DNA of 64,000 nucleotides from Eledone cirrhosa. Its lineage: Eukaryota. Position 1 is the first letter of the stretch. Every line of letters begins with the position of its first letter. Location of the stretch: contig OZ024743.1 of NCBI GenBank assembly GCA_964016885.1, positions 184,326,001-184,390,000 on the forward strand, read 5' to 3'. A model generated the notes under the pieces. The model was not told the origin of the DNA and searched no databases. It saw only the letters and a list, made by a program, of their open reading frames with translations. Shown here piece after piece: positions 31,093 through 47,501 of the stretch. The position numbers and the translations under genes are program-made.

Positions 31093-31465
31093 ACACCTTC
31101 ACACACACACATCACCTTCAGCCCTCCCCGCTCGGATGCCCCGTCTCCCTCTCCTCTCTCCCCCCTCCATCCACCCACCAACACCCCTACACGCCTCACA
31201 CCCTTTCACCACTTGTTTCATTATAATTTTTTTTACCCTCTAAAAAAAATGTTTTCCTCCCGTTTCTCTCCTTCCTTTTTTAATGTCTTTCCACCACTCC
31301 CCCTCACACCCTCAGAACTCTTTTCCTGTCCACTTTTCTCCTGATGAAAGGCTTATGTCCGAACGTCGTCCCCCACCCCCACTCTCAAGCGTGAAACTAA
31401 TATTAACATTTTTTACTGCCTCTTCGCTGCCACGTTGTTGTTTTTTGTTTACTGTTTCAACTATA
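29425..31465 (+). pseudogene. GC-rich decayed PLE 3' part (Neptune-like GIY-YIG) with HHR remnant at 31341-31368
   Basis: From 29703: RCTECSATYVGQTGRRLADRFTEHLRDIR, later RLTVEQHTIFTLQTH; upstream LHRTILCLFRRLQLDPSTSPIF; CTGATGAaaggcttatgtccGAAcgtc. Confidence 0.75.
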
Positions 31466-31522
31466 ATATATATAATATATATATATATAATATATTTATA
31501 TATATATATAATATATATATAT

Positions 31523-31658
31523 ATAAACCCGCCATTGGCTTTGATGACGGCCTCGGAACCGGCTAGAGGCCTTCGTCACTGTCCCCCTAAGTCGGGGGAC
31601 AGTGACGAAGGCCTCTAGCCGGTTCCGAGGCCGTCATCAAAGCCAATGGCGGGTTTAT
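31523..31658. repeat. Perfect 65-bp GC-rich hairpin with 6-nt loop
   Basis: 31523-31587 is the reverse complement of 31594-31658; loop taagtc. Confidence 0.95.
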
Positions 31659-31804
31659 CGAGTGAGATCGAAAGAACAAGTCATGAAGACAAACTGACCC
31701 AAGTTTGATAAATATATATTAAAAAATAAAACTACTGTTATGTTTTTCTAGACAGTAATCTTGCGAACAAATATCGTCCGCACCCTGTACATATATGTAT
31801 ATAT

Positions 31805-31918
<114 letters not shown>

Positions 31919-31923
31919 ATATA

Positions 31924-32059
<136 letters not shown>

Positions 32060-32118
32060 AAAGACGTAAAATAAGAAAATTTTGAAAATTAAAAATCAAC
32101 TTACTTACTAAAATTTTC

Positions 32119-32200
32119 ACTCAAACTAATTAGTTTCTGTAAGGGGATAAATATAGTTACGTAATATAACTATAGAGAATTCCTTACGTCATCAGGGAGT
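32119..32200 (-). ncRNA. Type I hammerhead (family B'), one stem I mismatch
   Basis: Reverse complement of 32715-32796 with ggagt changed to tgagt. Confidence 0.7.
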
Positions 32201-32714
32201 CTATTCTCAGCTAAGTTCCCAGGCGATGCGCGGACACTAGGAACCCATATAAAAGTTGGAGTGAAAATTTTAGTAAGTAAGTTGATTTTTAATTTTTTAA
32301 ATTTTCTTATTTTACGTCTTTCATATAATTGTTCTGCATCCCCCTGCATAGAACCACAAAGGTACTAAGACATAACATATATATTTGCTAGCATGGGTGT
32401 ACATCTGTACACATATGTTGGTAGATATACTAATTCTCTATATTTATCTCCAAATTATTTGTTGAGTAAAACTTGCCAAAATTTACTGCTGATTCATGGT
32501 AGTAGTAGGCTCTTGTCATAATACTACCCCGCTCCTCTCTGATTAACCTCAGTGTCACGTGATTGATTCTTTAGAATCTGCCACTGACCAGAGGCAGTGA
32601 ATTTTTCAGTGCTCTGGAATTTAGTCCCCGCTAGCTTTATTCCATCCACTGAATTATTATTTTTATATGGGTTCCTAGTGTCCGCGCATCGCCTGGGAAC
32701 TTAGCTGAGAATAG

Positions 32715-32796
32715 ACTCCCTGATGACGTAAGGAATTCTCTATAGTTATATTACGTAACTATATTTATCCCCTTACAGAAACTAATTAGTTGGAGT
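32715..32796 (+). ncRNA. Type I hammerhead ribozyme (family B')
   Basis: actcc-CTGATGA-c gtaagg..tatagtta..taactata..ccttac a-GAAA-ctaattag-TT-ggagt. Confidence 0.87.
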
Positions 32797-33051
32797 GAAA
32801 ATTTTAGTAAGTAAGTTGATTTTTAATTTTTAAAATTTTCTTGTTTTACGTCTTTCATATAATTGTTCTGCACCCCCCTGCATAGAACCACAAAGGTACT
32901 AAGACATAACATATATATTTGCTAGCAGGGGTGTACATCTGTACACATATGTTGGTAGATATACTAATTCTCTGTATATATATGTATGTATATATATGTA
33001 TGTTTATATATGTATGTATATATATGTATGTTTATATATGTATATATATAT

Positions 33052-33099
<48 letters not shown>

Positions 33100-33177
33100 A
33101 TATATACATGTATATATATGTGTGTATGTATATATATGTGTATGTATATATATATATATAATATGTCTATGAATATA

Positions 33178-34339
<1,162 letters not shown>

Positions 34340-34343
<4 letters not shown>

Positions 34344-34733
34344 TAAACGGAATAGAAAATGCTGACAAATTGTTCACAGTGAAAAATAGTTTAATTGGGA
34401 ATAAATGAGAATTAGTAATTGTATTGGTTAGTATTCAGTTTTGGTTTTAAGTTTTACCGGTTGCGCATTTCTAAATGCTTTTCAAAAATAATTTTGAGAT
34501 AGAGCGTCCGTGATGTTTGCTCAGATCACGGACGCTGTATCTCAAAATTATTTTTGAAAAGCATTTAGAAATGCGCAACCGGTAAAACTTAAGACCAAAA
34601 CTGAATACTAACCAATACAATTACTAATTCTCATTTATTCCTAATTAAACTATTTTCACTGTGAACAATTTGTCAGCATGTTCTATTCCGTTTACCAATA
34701 TATAATAACTTGTGTGTTACACCTTTATTCTTT

Positions 34734-34738
<5 letters not shown>
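34340..34738. repeat. Fold-back copy of dispersed repeat family E (also ~18280-18728 and ~56400-56845)
   Basis: gcatttagaaatgcgcaaccggtaaaactt present in both orientations here and at the other two loci. Confidence 0.8.
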
Positions 34739-34816
<78 letters not shown>

Positions 34817-34829
34817 TTATATACATATA

Positions 34830-34884
<55 letters not shown>

Positions 34885-34949
34885 GTACATATATATATGT
34901 GTATATATATATGTATATATATATATATATATATACACATATATATATG

Positions 34950-35020
<71 letters not shown>

Positions 35021-35037
35021 ATATATACATATATATG

Positions 35038-35084
<47 letters not shown>

Positions 35085-35512
35085 TTATATATACATATAT
35101 ATGTGTATATATATATATATGTATATATGTTTATATATGTATATATGTATATATGTTTATATATACATATATATGTGAATATATATATATGTATATATAT
35201 ATACATATATATGTGTATATATATATATATGTATATATGTATATATATACATATATATGTGTATATATATATATATGTGTATATATATATAAATGTATAC
35301 ATATATATATATATATATATATATGTAGATAAATCTACCAAGAGTTTACGGTAGTGTCCAATCCGTATGAAGAACTCAATGTATTCCGGATATCATGGAA
35401 AGAAGAGATGTAATGAAAAATCACTTTCGGTGAAAGATAAACGGTATACAGAGTCAAGATAAAATATTAAACAAATAATGAATAAACAATTCCTTATATT
35501 AAACAAAAAAGG

Positions 35513-35666
35513 TTCATTATTTAACGATCGTTTCTAGGATATATATGTGTTAGAATTGGTATGCATATTCAACAGATCTATGTACAAAATTATACAAAAT
35601 TATACAAATTATCAAGATTAAATATACATACCAACACATATATACGCCGTCTTCAGAAATAATGAA
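35513..35666 (-). ncRNA. Type I hammerhead ribozyme with very long stem II (left arm)
   Basis: Reverse complement of 47502-47655. Confidence 0.8.
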
Positions 35667-36365
35667 GTATATTTATTGATAATAACAACAATTCAAAATT
35701 TCAGGTCCGTTTGGGAACAAAATTGACCAATGAAAACACAAAGGGTTAAATGCAGTTCGGTGTGTGTATATACATGTAAAACCCTTACACATATTTTACA
35801 AAAATGTATGTATAATTTGTATACGCATACTAAAAGGATGGATGCAAATACAAAATTTCAAGGTTAATGTCTCTGTAAGTTTATAATGTACAGATAAGAT
35901 GCGTATTGACACTTATGAAATTAAGTATATAAATATATTTTTTCATACTCACACATATCCGTACAATCACACATACACGCGCGCATATGCATAAATATAC
36001 ACATAACCACGAACATACAAACACACACACACCCCCACTCACATTTATATATGTGGATATAAAATCATAAGCACATGGATATTAATTCACTCACGTAAAA
36101 CACTGGCACACACATTTTTAGATCAAGATACAGAAATTAGGTGGTAGGGGGGGGAGAGGTCAGTATTCAACGGTCTGAGCAGACTGCCTAATATAGATGT
36201 ATCTATAAACTAAGAAAATAAAAAAATGAAAAAATGAAAAAATAAAAAATAAAAAATAATAAATAAACATTAAAGAGGAAAGAATTGAAAGAAGACAGAA
36301 AAAAGAAAAAAGAAAAAAGAAAAAAGAAATATATCAAGAAAATAAATATATATATATACATATAT

Positions 36366-36410
<45 letters not shown>

Positions 36411-37000
36411 TATATATATATAATATACATATATATACACATAGACACACACACACACATACATAAATATACACACATATACAAACACATACATACATAT
36501 ACACACATCCACATTAAGAACATACATACACACTCATATATAAACATTTACATATACACACATACATACATATACACATATACATACAAATACACATATA
36601 TATATATATATACACATATATACATATATATGTATATACACGTACATATACACACACATATACATATAATCACACATACTATATAGACACAGATATATAT
36701 AACCACACACATACATGCACATATACAACACTTACATACTAATATACATACAGATATACACATACATAGCTATATATACACACACAAATATATACAGACT
36801 TACATATATACATACAGACAAATACTTACGCATCTATATATCGGTATATACATACAAACACCACTACACTATCACACAACTTAGAAATACAAAGAGAAAA
36901 ATATATACCTATACACACATACATATACAAATAGAAAAATATATAGATATATATATATATATACATATACACACACATATACATATACATATATATATAT

Positions 37001-37040
<40 letters not shown>

Positions 37041-37282
37041 CATATACACATACACACACATACACATATACACACATACATACATGTACACACACATAGA
37101 AATATTTACGCATACACACATACATATATACATATAAAGTCATACACACACATACACCTACACGAACATACACATACACATATATAAAGATATATATACA
37201 CACACACACACACACAACACATACACACATACACATATATATAAAAAATAAATAATAAAGATATATACATATATATATACAC

Positions 37283-37331
<49 letters not shown>

Positions 37332-37684
37332 CACCTAAATATACATACACATACATACACACATACATAGACATACATGTACATACATACACGTACATCG
37401 ATATACATACATATATATATACACACATAGACATATACATACATACACACACAACTTACATACACACATATATATACATGTATATTCATACATAGAATTA
37501 GATATATAATCATACATACATATGCACTTACTTATACTCATACATACAAATACATACGCATCCATATATGCGTATATACATAAAAACACCACTACAACCT
37601 CACCTAACTCAGACATACAAATAAAAATAATAATAAAAAGGCATATGTATATACATATATACACGCATTAATAGAGATATATAT

Positions 37685-37737
<53 letters not shown>

Positions 37738-37982
37738 CACACATACATTCATACACATATATATATAGATACCCACACACTCATACCACCATAAATACAC
37801 ATACAAACACCCACATATACATATATATACACACGTATATATATATATATATACACACACATAAAAAACAGACATGCACATATATATATATATTTTTTTA
37901 CACTTATATATACACATATTATATACACATACACAACCTCACATATACACACATACACATAAGTTATATTATAATAATAAAA

Positions 37983-38051
<69 letters not shown>

Positions 38052-38115
38052 CATATAAACATATACATACATATATACACACATACGAATATAGACATAT
38101 ATTCACACATAGACA

Positions 38116-38159
<44 letters not shown>

Positions 38160-39222
38160 TACATATACACAGATACATATACACACTCACATATATATGT
38201 GTGTGTGCACACACACATATATACACACATACGCATATATACACATAAACACATATATGTGCATACATGCACACACACACACATATATCACATAGATACG
38301 AAGATAGACATATAAATAGAGAGACATACATATATATACACAACACACATACACACACATACATACACACACATATACATATACATATATATATATATAA
38401 ATATATATTCCTATATATACACATATACATATACATACATATATACATATATATACATACACATATACATACACACATTCACATACACATATATATATAC
38501 ATGCATATATACACATATATACATACATACACACACTCATATATACACACACAATCTTACATTCATATTTGCATGCGCATATATGTATTTTTATATTTAG
38601 ATATAAATACACAAACCTATATAGACACCTACCTACATATATATTCATACATACACGCTTACAAATACAGATGATAATAGTATGGGGGAAAGGGGGGGTT
38701 TGGAGAAGGGGATCATAGTAAATATATGTTTCAAGAAACATAGAATATTTTCCGTATCTTTATCCAATGTATGTTTTTACATAGTTTCAGTGTTAGGAAA
38801 TACAACAAACAAGAACTAAGGCAAAATCTATGCATCTCAAAATAAACAAGTATACCATTAATTATATGTTAACTAAACCAAAGATAGTTAACATATTGAT
38901 TTCTAAGGTGTAAATTAGTTAGGTTTATAATATTTGAAGCAGAATTTTGAAGTTAAATAGTAGTAGAGTATTAATTATAGTATAACTAAATTAAAGTTAA
39001 TAACGTTATAGTATCAATATTAGGAAATGAATTTAGTAATAGGGAAAAAACAAATAAAATAAAGTATTACATCGGTAGTAGAATATAAATTATAGGTTAA
39101 CTAAATTAAAAATTATATATTTATTTCTATAGTATATGTTAATTAGGTATATAATACATAAAGCAGATATTGTATTTTATCAATAGCATAATATAATTAT
39201 ATGCAAATAGAAATCAAAATTA

Positions 39223-39253
<31 letters not shown>

Positions 39254-39808
39254 CATATATACATATATATACACATACATATATATATACATATATACAC
39301 ATATACATACACACACACATAACACATACACATATACATATACATATCTTTTTCAAAAAATTGCATAGAATATATTAACTAGGTATATATCCAAAACACA
39401 TCCCATTCTATGATTACATGACATTCTGCAATTCGTCTGTATAAGGATACTAATTTTAAGCAAATTAAAATTAAATTTTTAGGTTGATTAAAATTAAAAC
39501 CAAATTATAAATATATTTCTAAAATGTATATTAATTAGGTCTATAATACTAAAAATTATTTCTCTGTCATTGGATACACGATATTATTTTGTTATATTTT
39601 ATCTGTAAAAGAATTATAATAAAAGGTTTAAATAAATTAAAATTAATCTATAAATTAAATTACTAAGTATATATTAGTAATATTTAAAGGTTTTTCACAA
39701 TTTATGATTACATAATATTTTATATTCTCATCTGTAATAAAATTTTAATTAAATTAAATTTATAGGTTAACTAACATTTAAATTAAATTAATTTCTAAAA
39801 TAATGTTA

Positions 39809-41815
39809 TTAATTAGGTTTATAATATTTAAATGTTTTTTTTAGTTTATGATTACACGATATAATTAATTCCTGTCGTTTATTTAATAAGATATCCTTAG
39901 ACTTCATTATTTCAAATAGTTCTTGGGAACATAATCTACATTCATTTCTATTATTTTGATAAGGGGTGGCTCTTTTGAGCACACTCCAGGTCAAATCATA
40001 TTCTATATTCTTATTTTTATAACTATTGATTTTTTCTGCTAGAGATGTTGTATTAGCCAGTGCGGCATTTTTAAAACTATGCTTGTGGGTATTAAACCTT
40101 GTCTTAAAATTGTTAGAGGTAGCTCCTATATATGAGCAAATAGAATCTTTAGTTTTAACATTACATTTATAGACTATGTTGTTAACAAGACAATTCCCTT
40201 TTAATGGGCAGTTTGCTTTGTTTCTACAGTTACATCCTTTCGTTAATTCTGTATTTGAGGAGATATTATGGTTAATTTGATGTACTGGTGGTATACTTAT
40301 GGTTTTCTTACATTTATATGCATTATATGCACTTATATTTTGTTTTATGTTATTTGTTGTAGAGTATGAGAATTTAACTGTAGACCTATTTAAGATTTGA
40401 TGGTATTTGTGGTTTGGCGGGAAGTTTTTCTCAAGGATATAAAAAAATTTTTTAGCAATATTATCCTTAACTTGTAAATTAAAAGGAGCATTATACCAAG
40501 TAACCCGTCTATTACGGTTTCTATGTTGTTTATTATTTTTATTATTTTTATAGGTTGTATCGTGATTTTTACTAGGAGGATTAATGTTAATGATCTCACC
40601 ACAACTATTTTTAGTTATATTTGTAGATTTAGGTGTTTTATCCTTTTTATTAGGAGTTTTATTATTAATATTTATTAGAGTTGTATGATGAGTAGTTTTT
40701 TGAGAGTTACTATACTTTATATTAGAAGATTTGGTATTTTGGGGTATAGTGTGGGTGGCATTTAGGTGTATACTTTTCATTTGGTGTTTGTTGGTAATAT
40801 TATGTTGTATGCTTTCAGTATTTTTAGTAGAAGGTATATACTCTAATCTATTTTTGTGGCCACTTCTATCTAGAGCTTCGTTATAGAAGGTCGCATTTTT
40901 ATCAAATACATCTTGGTTAGAAGAAAGGTTAGAAATTCTAAGTGATATATTATATGCAAGGTTTTTAAGGATAGATTTAGGGTGATTAGATTGTGAGTGT
41001 ATGTAATGTAAGTTTTGGTTAGGTTTATGGTAAGGTTGGTAGATACCCGTAGCTAAATCTAAAGTTATATCTAGGAAATTTACTACTTTACTTGTTTTTT
41101 CAAAAGTAATATTAAGATTATAATAGTCTTTAAGGAAAGTTCTAATATGTTTTTTGTTTTTTTCAATTTCTGAAAGGCTAAGGTTGTTAGAAAGAAGAAG
41201 ACAGTCATCACGATATAAACCACCTTTGAGGTGGGGAAAAGAGGCATTTATGTTGAAAAGGAGAAAGAGGCCCACAAGATCAGTAATTTGGGCGGAATCG
41301 CTTGAACCCATAGTAATATCAAAAAGATTACTATATGTGTTTCTGGTCCAGTATTCATTCTGAAATTCAATAAGTGTTAGTCTAGCATGTGTAATAATAT
41401 TAATGTCATCCAAAGTTAAGTTAGATCTATTTTTAGCAAATATCAATGCTTTGTTCAGGAGTATAGGTGATATAGAAGAATAGTAATTATCTATATCAAA
41501 TTGTAGGAAAGAAGCAGAAGATTTACACCTAATATTTTTAAACCAGTTAATTACCTGGGAGGTGTTTTCCCAGAGTGGTAAAATAACGTGTTTTCTTATT
41601 TGTGGGATGACTCTATCTAAAATTTTTTTGCTAATTATTCCAATATCTGATTTGGAGGGACATATAAGTCTAATAGAAGGATTTGAGTTAAAGTTAGATT
41701 TGTGATCTTTCAGGTTGAAGTGTGGTCTTTTCAATGCCAAAGGTTCAGTTCTATCTTCAATGTTTAGTTTTTTTACTATGTTGTGTGTTTTGTTGTTGAT
41801 GTTGGTGAGTGACAC
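39809..41815 (-). CDS. PLE reverse transcriptase + C-terminal GIY-YIG endonuclease, 5'-truncated
   Basis: KDHK..NP.IRLI, FLQFDIDNYYSSI, FDITMGS, GLYRDD, NFLDITL, CNC..CPL..C linker, IVYKC..SYIGAT..FKTR..H, CRLC; 668 aa uninterrupted. Confidence 0.93.
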   Translation of the reverse strand: MSLTNINNKTHNIVKKLNIEDRTEPLALKRPHFNLKDHKSNFNSNPSIRLICPSKSDIGIISKKILDRVIPQIRKHVILPLWENTSQVINWFKNIRCKSSASFLQFDIDNYYSSISPILLNKALIFAKNRSNLTLDDINIITHARLTLIEFQNEYWTRNTYSNLFDITMGSSDSAQITDLVGLFLLFNINASFPHLKGGLYRDDCLLLSNNLSLSEIEKNKKHIRTFLKDYYNLNITFEKTSKVVNFLDITLDLATGIYQPYHKPNQNLHYIHSQSNHPKSILKNLAYNISLRISNLSSNQDVFDKNATFYNEALDRSGHKNRLEYIPSTKNTESIQHNITNKHQMKSIHLNATHTIPQNTKSSNIKYSNSQKTTHHTTLININNKTPNKKDKTPKSTNITKNSCGEIININPPSKNHDTTYKNNKNNKQHRNRNRRVTWYNAPFNLQVKDNIAKKFFYILEKNFPPNHKYHQILNRSTVKFSYSTTNNIKQNISAYNAYKCKKTISIPPVHQINHNISSNTELTKGCNCRNKANCPLKGNCLVNNIVYKCNVKTKDSICSYIGATSNNFKTRFNTHKHSFKNAALANTTSLAEKINSYKNKNIEYDLTWSVLKRATPYQNNRNECRLCSQELFEIMKSKDILLNKRQELIISCNHKLKKTFKYYKPN

Positions 41816-41850
41816 ATTATTAGATTTTTTATAATTTTTTCTGAGTTCTT

Positions 41851-43317
41851 GTGGGCCTCTTTCTCCTTTTCAACATAAATGCCTCTTTTCCCCACCTCAA
41901 AGGTGGTTTATATCGTGATGACTGTCTTCTTCTTTCTAACAACCTTAGCCTTTCAGAAATTGAAAAAAACAAAAAACATATTAGAACTTTCCTTAAAGAC
42001 TATTATAATCTTAATATTACTTTTGAAAAAACAAGTAAAGTAGTAAATTTCCTAGATATAACTTTAGATTTAGCTACGGGTATCTACCAACCTTACCATA
42101 AACCTAACCAAAACTTACATTACATACACTCACAATCTAATCACCCTAAATCTATCCTTAAAAACCTTGCATATAATATATCACTTAGAATTTCTAACCT
42201 TTCTTCTAACCAAGATGTATTTGATAAAAATGCGACCTTCTATAACGAAGCTCTAGATAGAAGTGGCCACAAAAATAGATTAGAGTATATACCTTCTACT
42301 AAAAATACTGAAAGCATACAACATAATATTACCAACAAACACCAAATGAAAAGTATACACCTAAATGCCACCCACACTATACCCCAAAATACCAAATCTT
42401 CTAATATAAAGTATAGTAACTCTCAAAAAACTACTCATCATACAACTCTAATAAATATTAATAATAAAACTCCTAATAAAAAGGATAAAACACCTAAATC
42501 TACAAATATAACTAAAAATAGTTGTGGTGAGATCATTAACATTAATCCTCCTAGTAAAAATCACGATACAACCTATAAAAATAATAAAAATAATAAACAA
42601 CATAGAAACCGTAATAGACGGGTTACTTGGTATAATGCTCCTTTTAATTTACAAGTTAAGGATAATATTGCTAAAAAATTTTTTTATATCCTTGAGAAAA
42701 ACTTCCCGCCAAACCACAAATACCATCAAATCTTAAATAGGTCTACAGTTAAATTCTCATACTCTACAACAAATAACATAAAACAAAATATAAGTGCATA
42801 TAATGCATATAAATGTAAGAAAACCATAAGTATACCACCAGTACATCAAATTAACCATAATATCTCCTCAAATACAGAATTAACGAAAGGATGTAACTGT
42901 AGAAACAAAGCAAACTGCCCATTAAAAGGGAATTGTCTTGTTAACAACATAGTCTATAAATGTAATGTTAAAACTAAAGATTCTATTTGCTCATATATAG
43001 GAGCTACCTCTAACAATTTTAAGACAAGGTTTAATACCCACAAGCATAGTTTTAAAAATGCCGCACTGGCTAATACAACATCTCTAGCAGAAAAAATCAA
43101 TAGTTATAAAAATAAGAATATAGAATATGATTTGACCTGGAGTGTGCTCAAAAGAGCCACCCCTTATCAAAATAATAGAAATGAATGTAGATTATGTTCC
43201 CAAGAACTATTTGAAATAATGAAGTCTAAGGATATCTTATTAAATAAACGACAGGAATTAATTATATCGTGTAATCATAAACTAAAAAAAACATTTAAAT
43301 ATTATAAACCTAATTAA
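41851..43317 (+). CDS. Inverted, more truncated copy of the same PLE ORF (RT C-terminal half + GIY-YIG)
   Basis: Matches the last 488 aa of the 39809-41815 ORF. Confidence 0.9.
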   Translation: MGLFLLFNINASFPHLKGGLYRDDCLLLSNNLSLSEIEKNKKHIRTFLKDYYNLNITFEKTSKVVNFLDITLDLATGIYQPYHKPNQNLHYIHSQSNHPKSILKNLAYNISLRISNLSSNQDVFDKNATFYNEALDRSGHKNRLEYIPSTKNTESIQHNITNKHQMKSIHLNATHTIPQNTKSSNIKYSNSQKTTHHTTLININNKTPNKKDKTPKSTNITKNSCGEIININPPSKNHDTTYKNNKNNKQHRNRNRRVTWYNAPFNLQVKDNIAKKFFYILEKNFPPNHKYHQILNRSTVKFSYSTTNNIKQNISAYNAYKCKKTISIPPVHQINHNISSNTELTKGCNCRNKANCPLKGNCLVNNIVYKCNVKTKDSICSYIGATSNNFKTRFNTHKHSFKNAALANTTSLAEKINSYKNKNIEYDLTWSVLKRATPYQNNRNECRLCSQELFEIMKSKDILLNKRQELIISCNHKLKKTFKYYKPN

Positions 43318-43872
43318 TAACATTATTTTAGAAATTAATTTAATTTAAATGTTAGTTAACCTATAAATTTAATTTAATTAAAATTTTATTACAGATGAGA
43401 ATATAAAATATTATGTAATCATAAATTGTGAAAAACCTTTAAATATTACTAATATATACTTAGTAATTTAATTTATAGATTAATTTTAATTTATTTAAAC
43501 CTTTTATTATAATTCTTTTACAGATAAAATATAACAAAATAATATCGTGTATCCAATGACAGAGAAATAATTTTTAGTATTATAGACCTAATTAATATAC
43601 ATTTTAGAAATATATTTATAATTTGGTTTTAATTTTAATCAACCTAAAAATTTAATTTTAATTTGCTTAAAATTAGTATCCTTATACAGACGAATTGCAG
43701 AATGTCATGTAATCATAGAATGGGATGTGTTTTGGATATATACCTAGTTAATATATTCTATGCAATTTTTTGAAAAAGATATGTATATGTATATGTGTAT
43801 GTGTTATGTGTGTGTGTATGTATATGTGTATATATGTATATATATATGTATGTGTATATATATGTATATATG

Positions 43873-43903
<31 letters not shown>

Positions 43904-44966
43904 TAATTTTGATTTCTATTTGCATATAATTATATTATGCTATTGATAAAATACAATATCTGCTTTATGTATTATATACCTAATTAACATATACTATAGA
44001 AATAAATATATAATTTTTAATTTAGTTAACCTATAATTTATATTCTACTACCGATGTAATACTTTATTTTATTTGTTTTTTCCCTATTACTAAATTCATT
44101 TCCTAATATTGATACTATAACGTTATTAACTTTAATTTAGTTATACTATAATTAATACTCTACTACTATTTAACTTCAAAATTCTGCTTCAAATATTATA
44201 AACCTAACTAATTTACACCTTAGAAATCAATATGTTAACTATCTTTGGTTTAGTTAACATATAATTAATGGTATACTTGTTTATTTTGAGATGCATAGAT
44301 TTTGCCTTAGTTCTTGTTTGTTGTATTTCCTAACACTGAAACTATGTAAAAACATACATTGGATAAAGATACGGAAAATATTCTATGTTTCTTGAAACAT
44401 ATATTTACTATGATCCCCTTCTCCAAACCCCCCCTTTCCCCCATACTATTATCATCTGTATTTGTAAGCGTGTATGTATGAATATATATGTAGGTAGGTG
44501 TCTATATAGGTTTGTGTATTTATATCTAAATATAAAAATACATATATGCGCATGCAAATATGAATGTAAGATTGTGTGTGTATATATGAGTGTGTGTATG
44601 TATGTATATATGTGTATATATGCATGTATATATATATGTGTATGTGAATGTGTGTATGTATATGTGTATGTATATATATGTATATATGTATGTATATGTA
44701 TATGTGTATATATAGGAATATATATTTATATATATATATATGTATATGTATATGTGTGTGTATGTATGTGTGTGTATGTGTGTTGTGTATATATATGTAT
44801 GTCTCTCTATTTATATGTCTATCTTCGTATCTATGTGATATATGTGTGTGTGTGTGCATGTATGCACATATATGTGTTTATGTGTATATATGCGTATGTG
44901 TGTATATATGTGTGTGTGCACACACACATATATATGTGAGTGTGTATATGTATCTGTGTATATGTA

Positions 44967-45016
<50 letters not shown>

Positions 45017-45080
45017 TGTCTATGTGTGAATATATGTCTATATTCGTATGTGTGTATATATGTATGTATATGTTTATATG

Positions 45081-45153
<73 letters not shown>

Positions 45154-45398
45154 TTTTATTATTATAATATAACTTATGTGTATGTGTGTATATGTGAGGT
45201 TGTGTATGTGTATATAATATGTGTATATATAAGTGTAAAAAAATATATATATATATGTGCATGTCTGTTTTTTATGTGTGTGTATATATATATATATATA
45301 CGTGTGTATATATATGTATATGTGGGTGTTTGTATGTGTATTTATGGTGGTATGAGTGTGTGGGTATCTATATATATATGTGTATGAATGTATGTGTG

Positions 45399-45453
<55 letters not shown>

Positions 45454-45806
45454 ATATATATCTCTATTAATGCGTGTATATATGTATATACATATGCCTT
45501 TTTATTATTATTTTTATTTGTATGTCTGAGTTAGGTGAGGTTGTAGTGGTGTTTTTATGTATATACGCATATATGGATGCGTATGTATTTGTATGTATGA
45601 GTATAAGTAAGTGCATATGTATGTATGATTATATATCTAATTCTATGTATGAATATACATGTATATATATGTGTGTATGTAAGTTGTGTGTGTATGTATG
45701 TATATGTCTATGTGTGTATATATATATGTATGTATATCGATGTACGTGTATGTATGTACATGTATGTCTATGTATGTGTGTATGTATGTGTATGTATATT
45801 TAGGTG

Positions 45807-45865
<59 letters not shown>

Positions 45866-46109
45866 GTGTATATATATATGTATATATCTTTATTATTTAT
45901 TTTTTATATATATGTGTATGTGTGTATGTGTTGTGTGTGTGTGTGTGTGTATATATATATCTTTATATATGTGTATGTGTATGTTCGTGTAGGTGTATGT
46001 GTGTGTATGACTTTATATGTATGTATGTATGTGTGTATGCGTAAATATTTCTATGTGTGTGTACATGTATGTATGTGTGTATATGTGTATGTGTGTGTAT
46101 GTGTATATG

Positions 46110-46149
<40 letters not shown>

Positions 46150-46529
46150 ATATATATATATGTATATGTATATGTGTGTGTATATGTATATATATATATA
46201 TATCTATATATTTTTCTATTTGTATATGTATGTGTGTATAGGTATATACCTTTCTCTTTGTATTTCTAAGTTGTGTGATAGTGTAGTGGTGTTTGTATGT
46301 ATATACCGATATATAGATGCGTAAGTATTTGTCTGTATGTATATATGTAAGTCTGTATATATTTGTGTGTGTATATATAGCTATGTATGTGTATATCTGT
46401 ATGTATATTAGTATGTAAGTGTTGTATATGTGCATGTATGTGTGTGGTTATATATATCTGTGTCTATATAGTATGTGTGATTATATGTATATGTGTGTGT
46501 ATATGTACGTGTATATACATATATATGTA

Positions 46530-46574
<45 letters not shown>

Positions 46575-46755
46575 ATTTGTATGTATATGTGTATATGTAT
46601 GTATGTGTGTATATGTAAATGTTTATATATGAGTGTGTATGTATGTTCTTAATGTGGATGTGTGTATATGTATGTATGTGTTTGTATATGTGTGTATATT
46701 TATGTATGTGTGTGTGTGTGTCTATGTGTATATATATGTATATTATATATATATA

Positions 46756-46796
<41 letters not shown>

Positions 46797-47501
46797 ATAT
46801 ATGTATATATATATATTTATTTTCTTGATATATTTCTTTTTTCTTTTTTCTTTTTTCTTTTTTCTTTTTTCTGTCTTCTTTCAATTCTTTCCTCTTTAAT
46901 GTTTATTTATTATTTTTTATTTTTTATTTTTTCATTTTTTCATTTTTTTATTTTCTTAGTTTATAGATACATCTATATTAGGCAGTCTGCTCAGACCGTT
47001 GAATACTGACCTCTCCCCCCCTACCACCTAATTTCTGTATCTTGATCTAAAAATGTGTGTGCCAGTGTTTTACGTGAGTGAATTAATATCCATGTGCTTA
47101 TGATTTTATATCCACATATATAAATGTGAGTGGGGGTGTGTGTGTGTTTGTATGTTCGTGGTTATGTGTATATTTATGCATATGCGCGCGTGTATGTGTG
47201 ATTGTACGGATATGTGTGAGTATGAAAAAATATATTTATATACTTAATTTCATAAGTGTCAATACGCATCTTATCTGTACATTATAAACTTACAGAGACA
47301 TTAACCTTGAAATTTTGTATTTGCATCCATCCTTTTAGTATGCGTATACAAATTATACATACATTTTTGTAAAATATGTGTAAGGGTTTTACATGTATAT
47401 ACACACACCGAACTGCATTTAACCCTTTGTGTTTTCATTGGTCAATTTTGTTCCCAAACGGACCTGAAATTTTGAATTGTTGTTATTATCAATAAATATA
47501 C

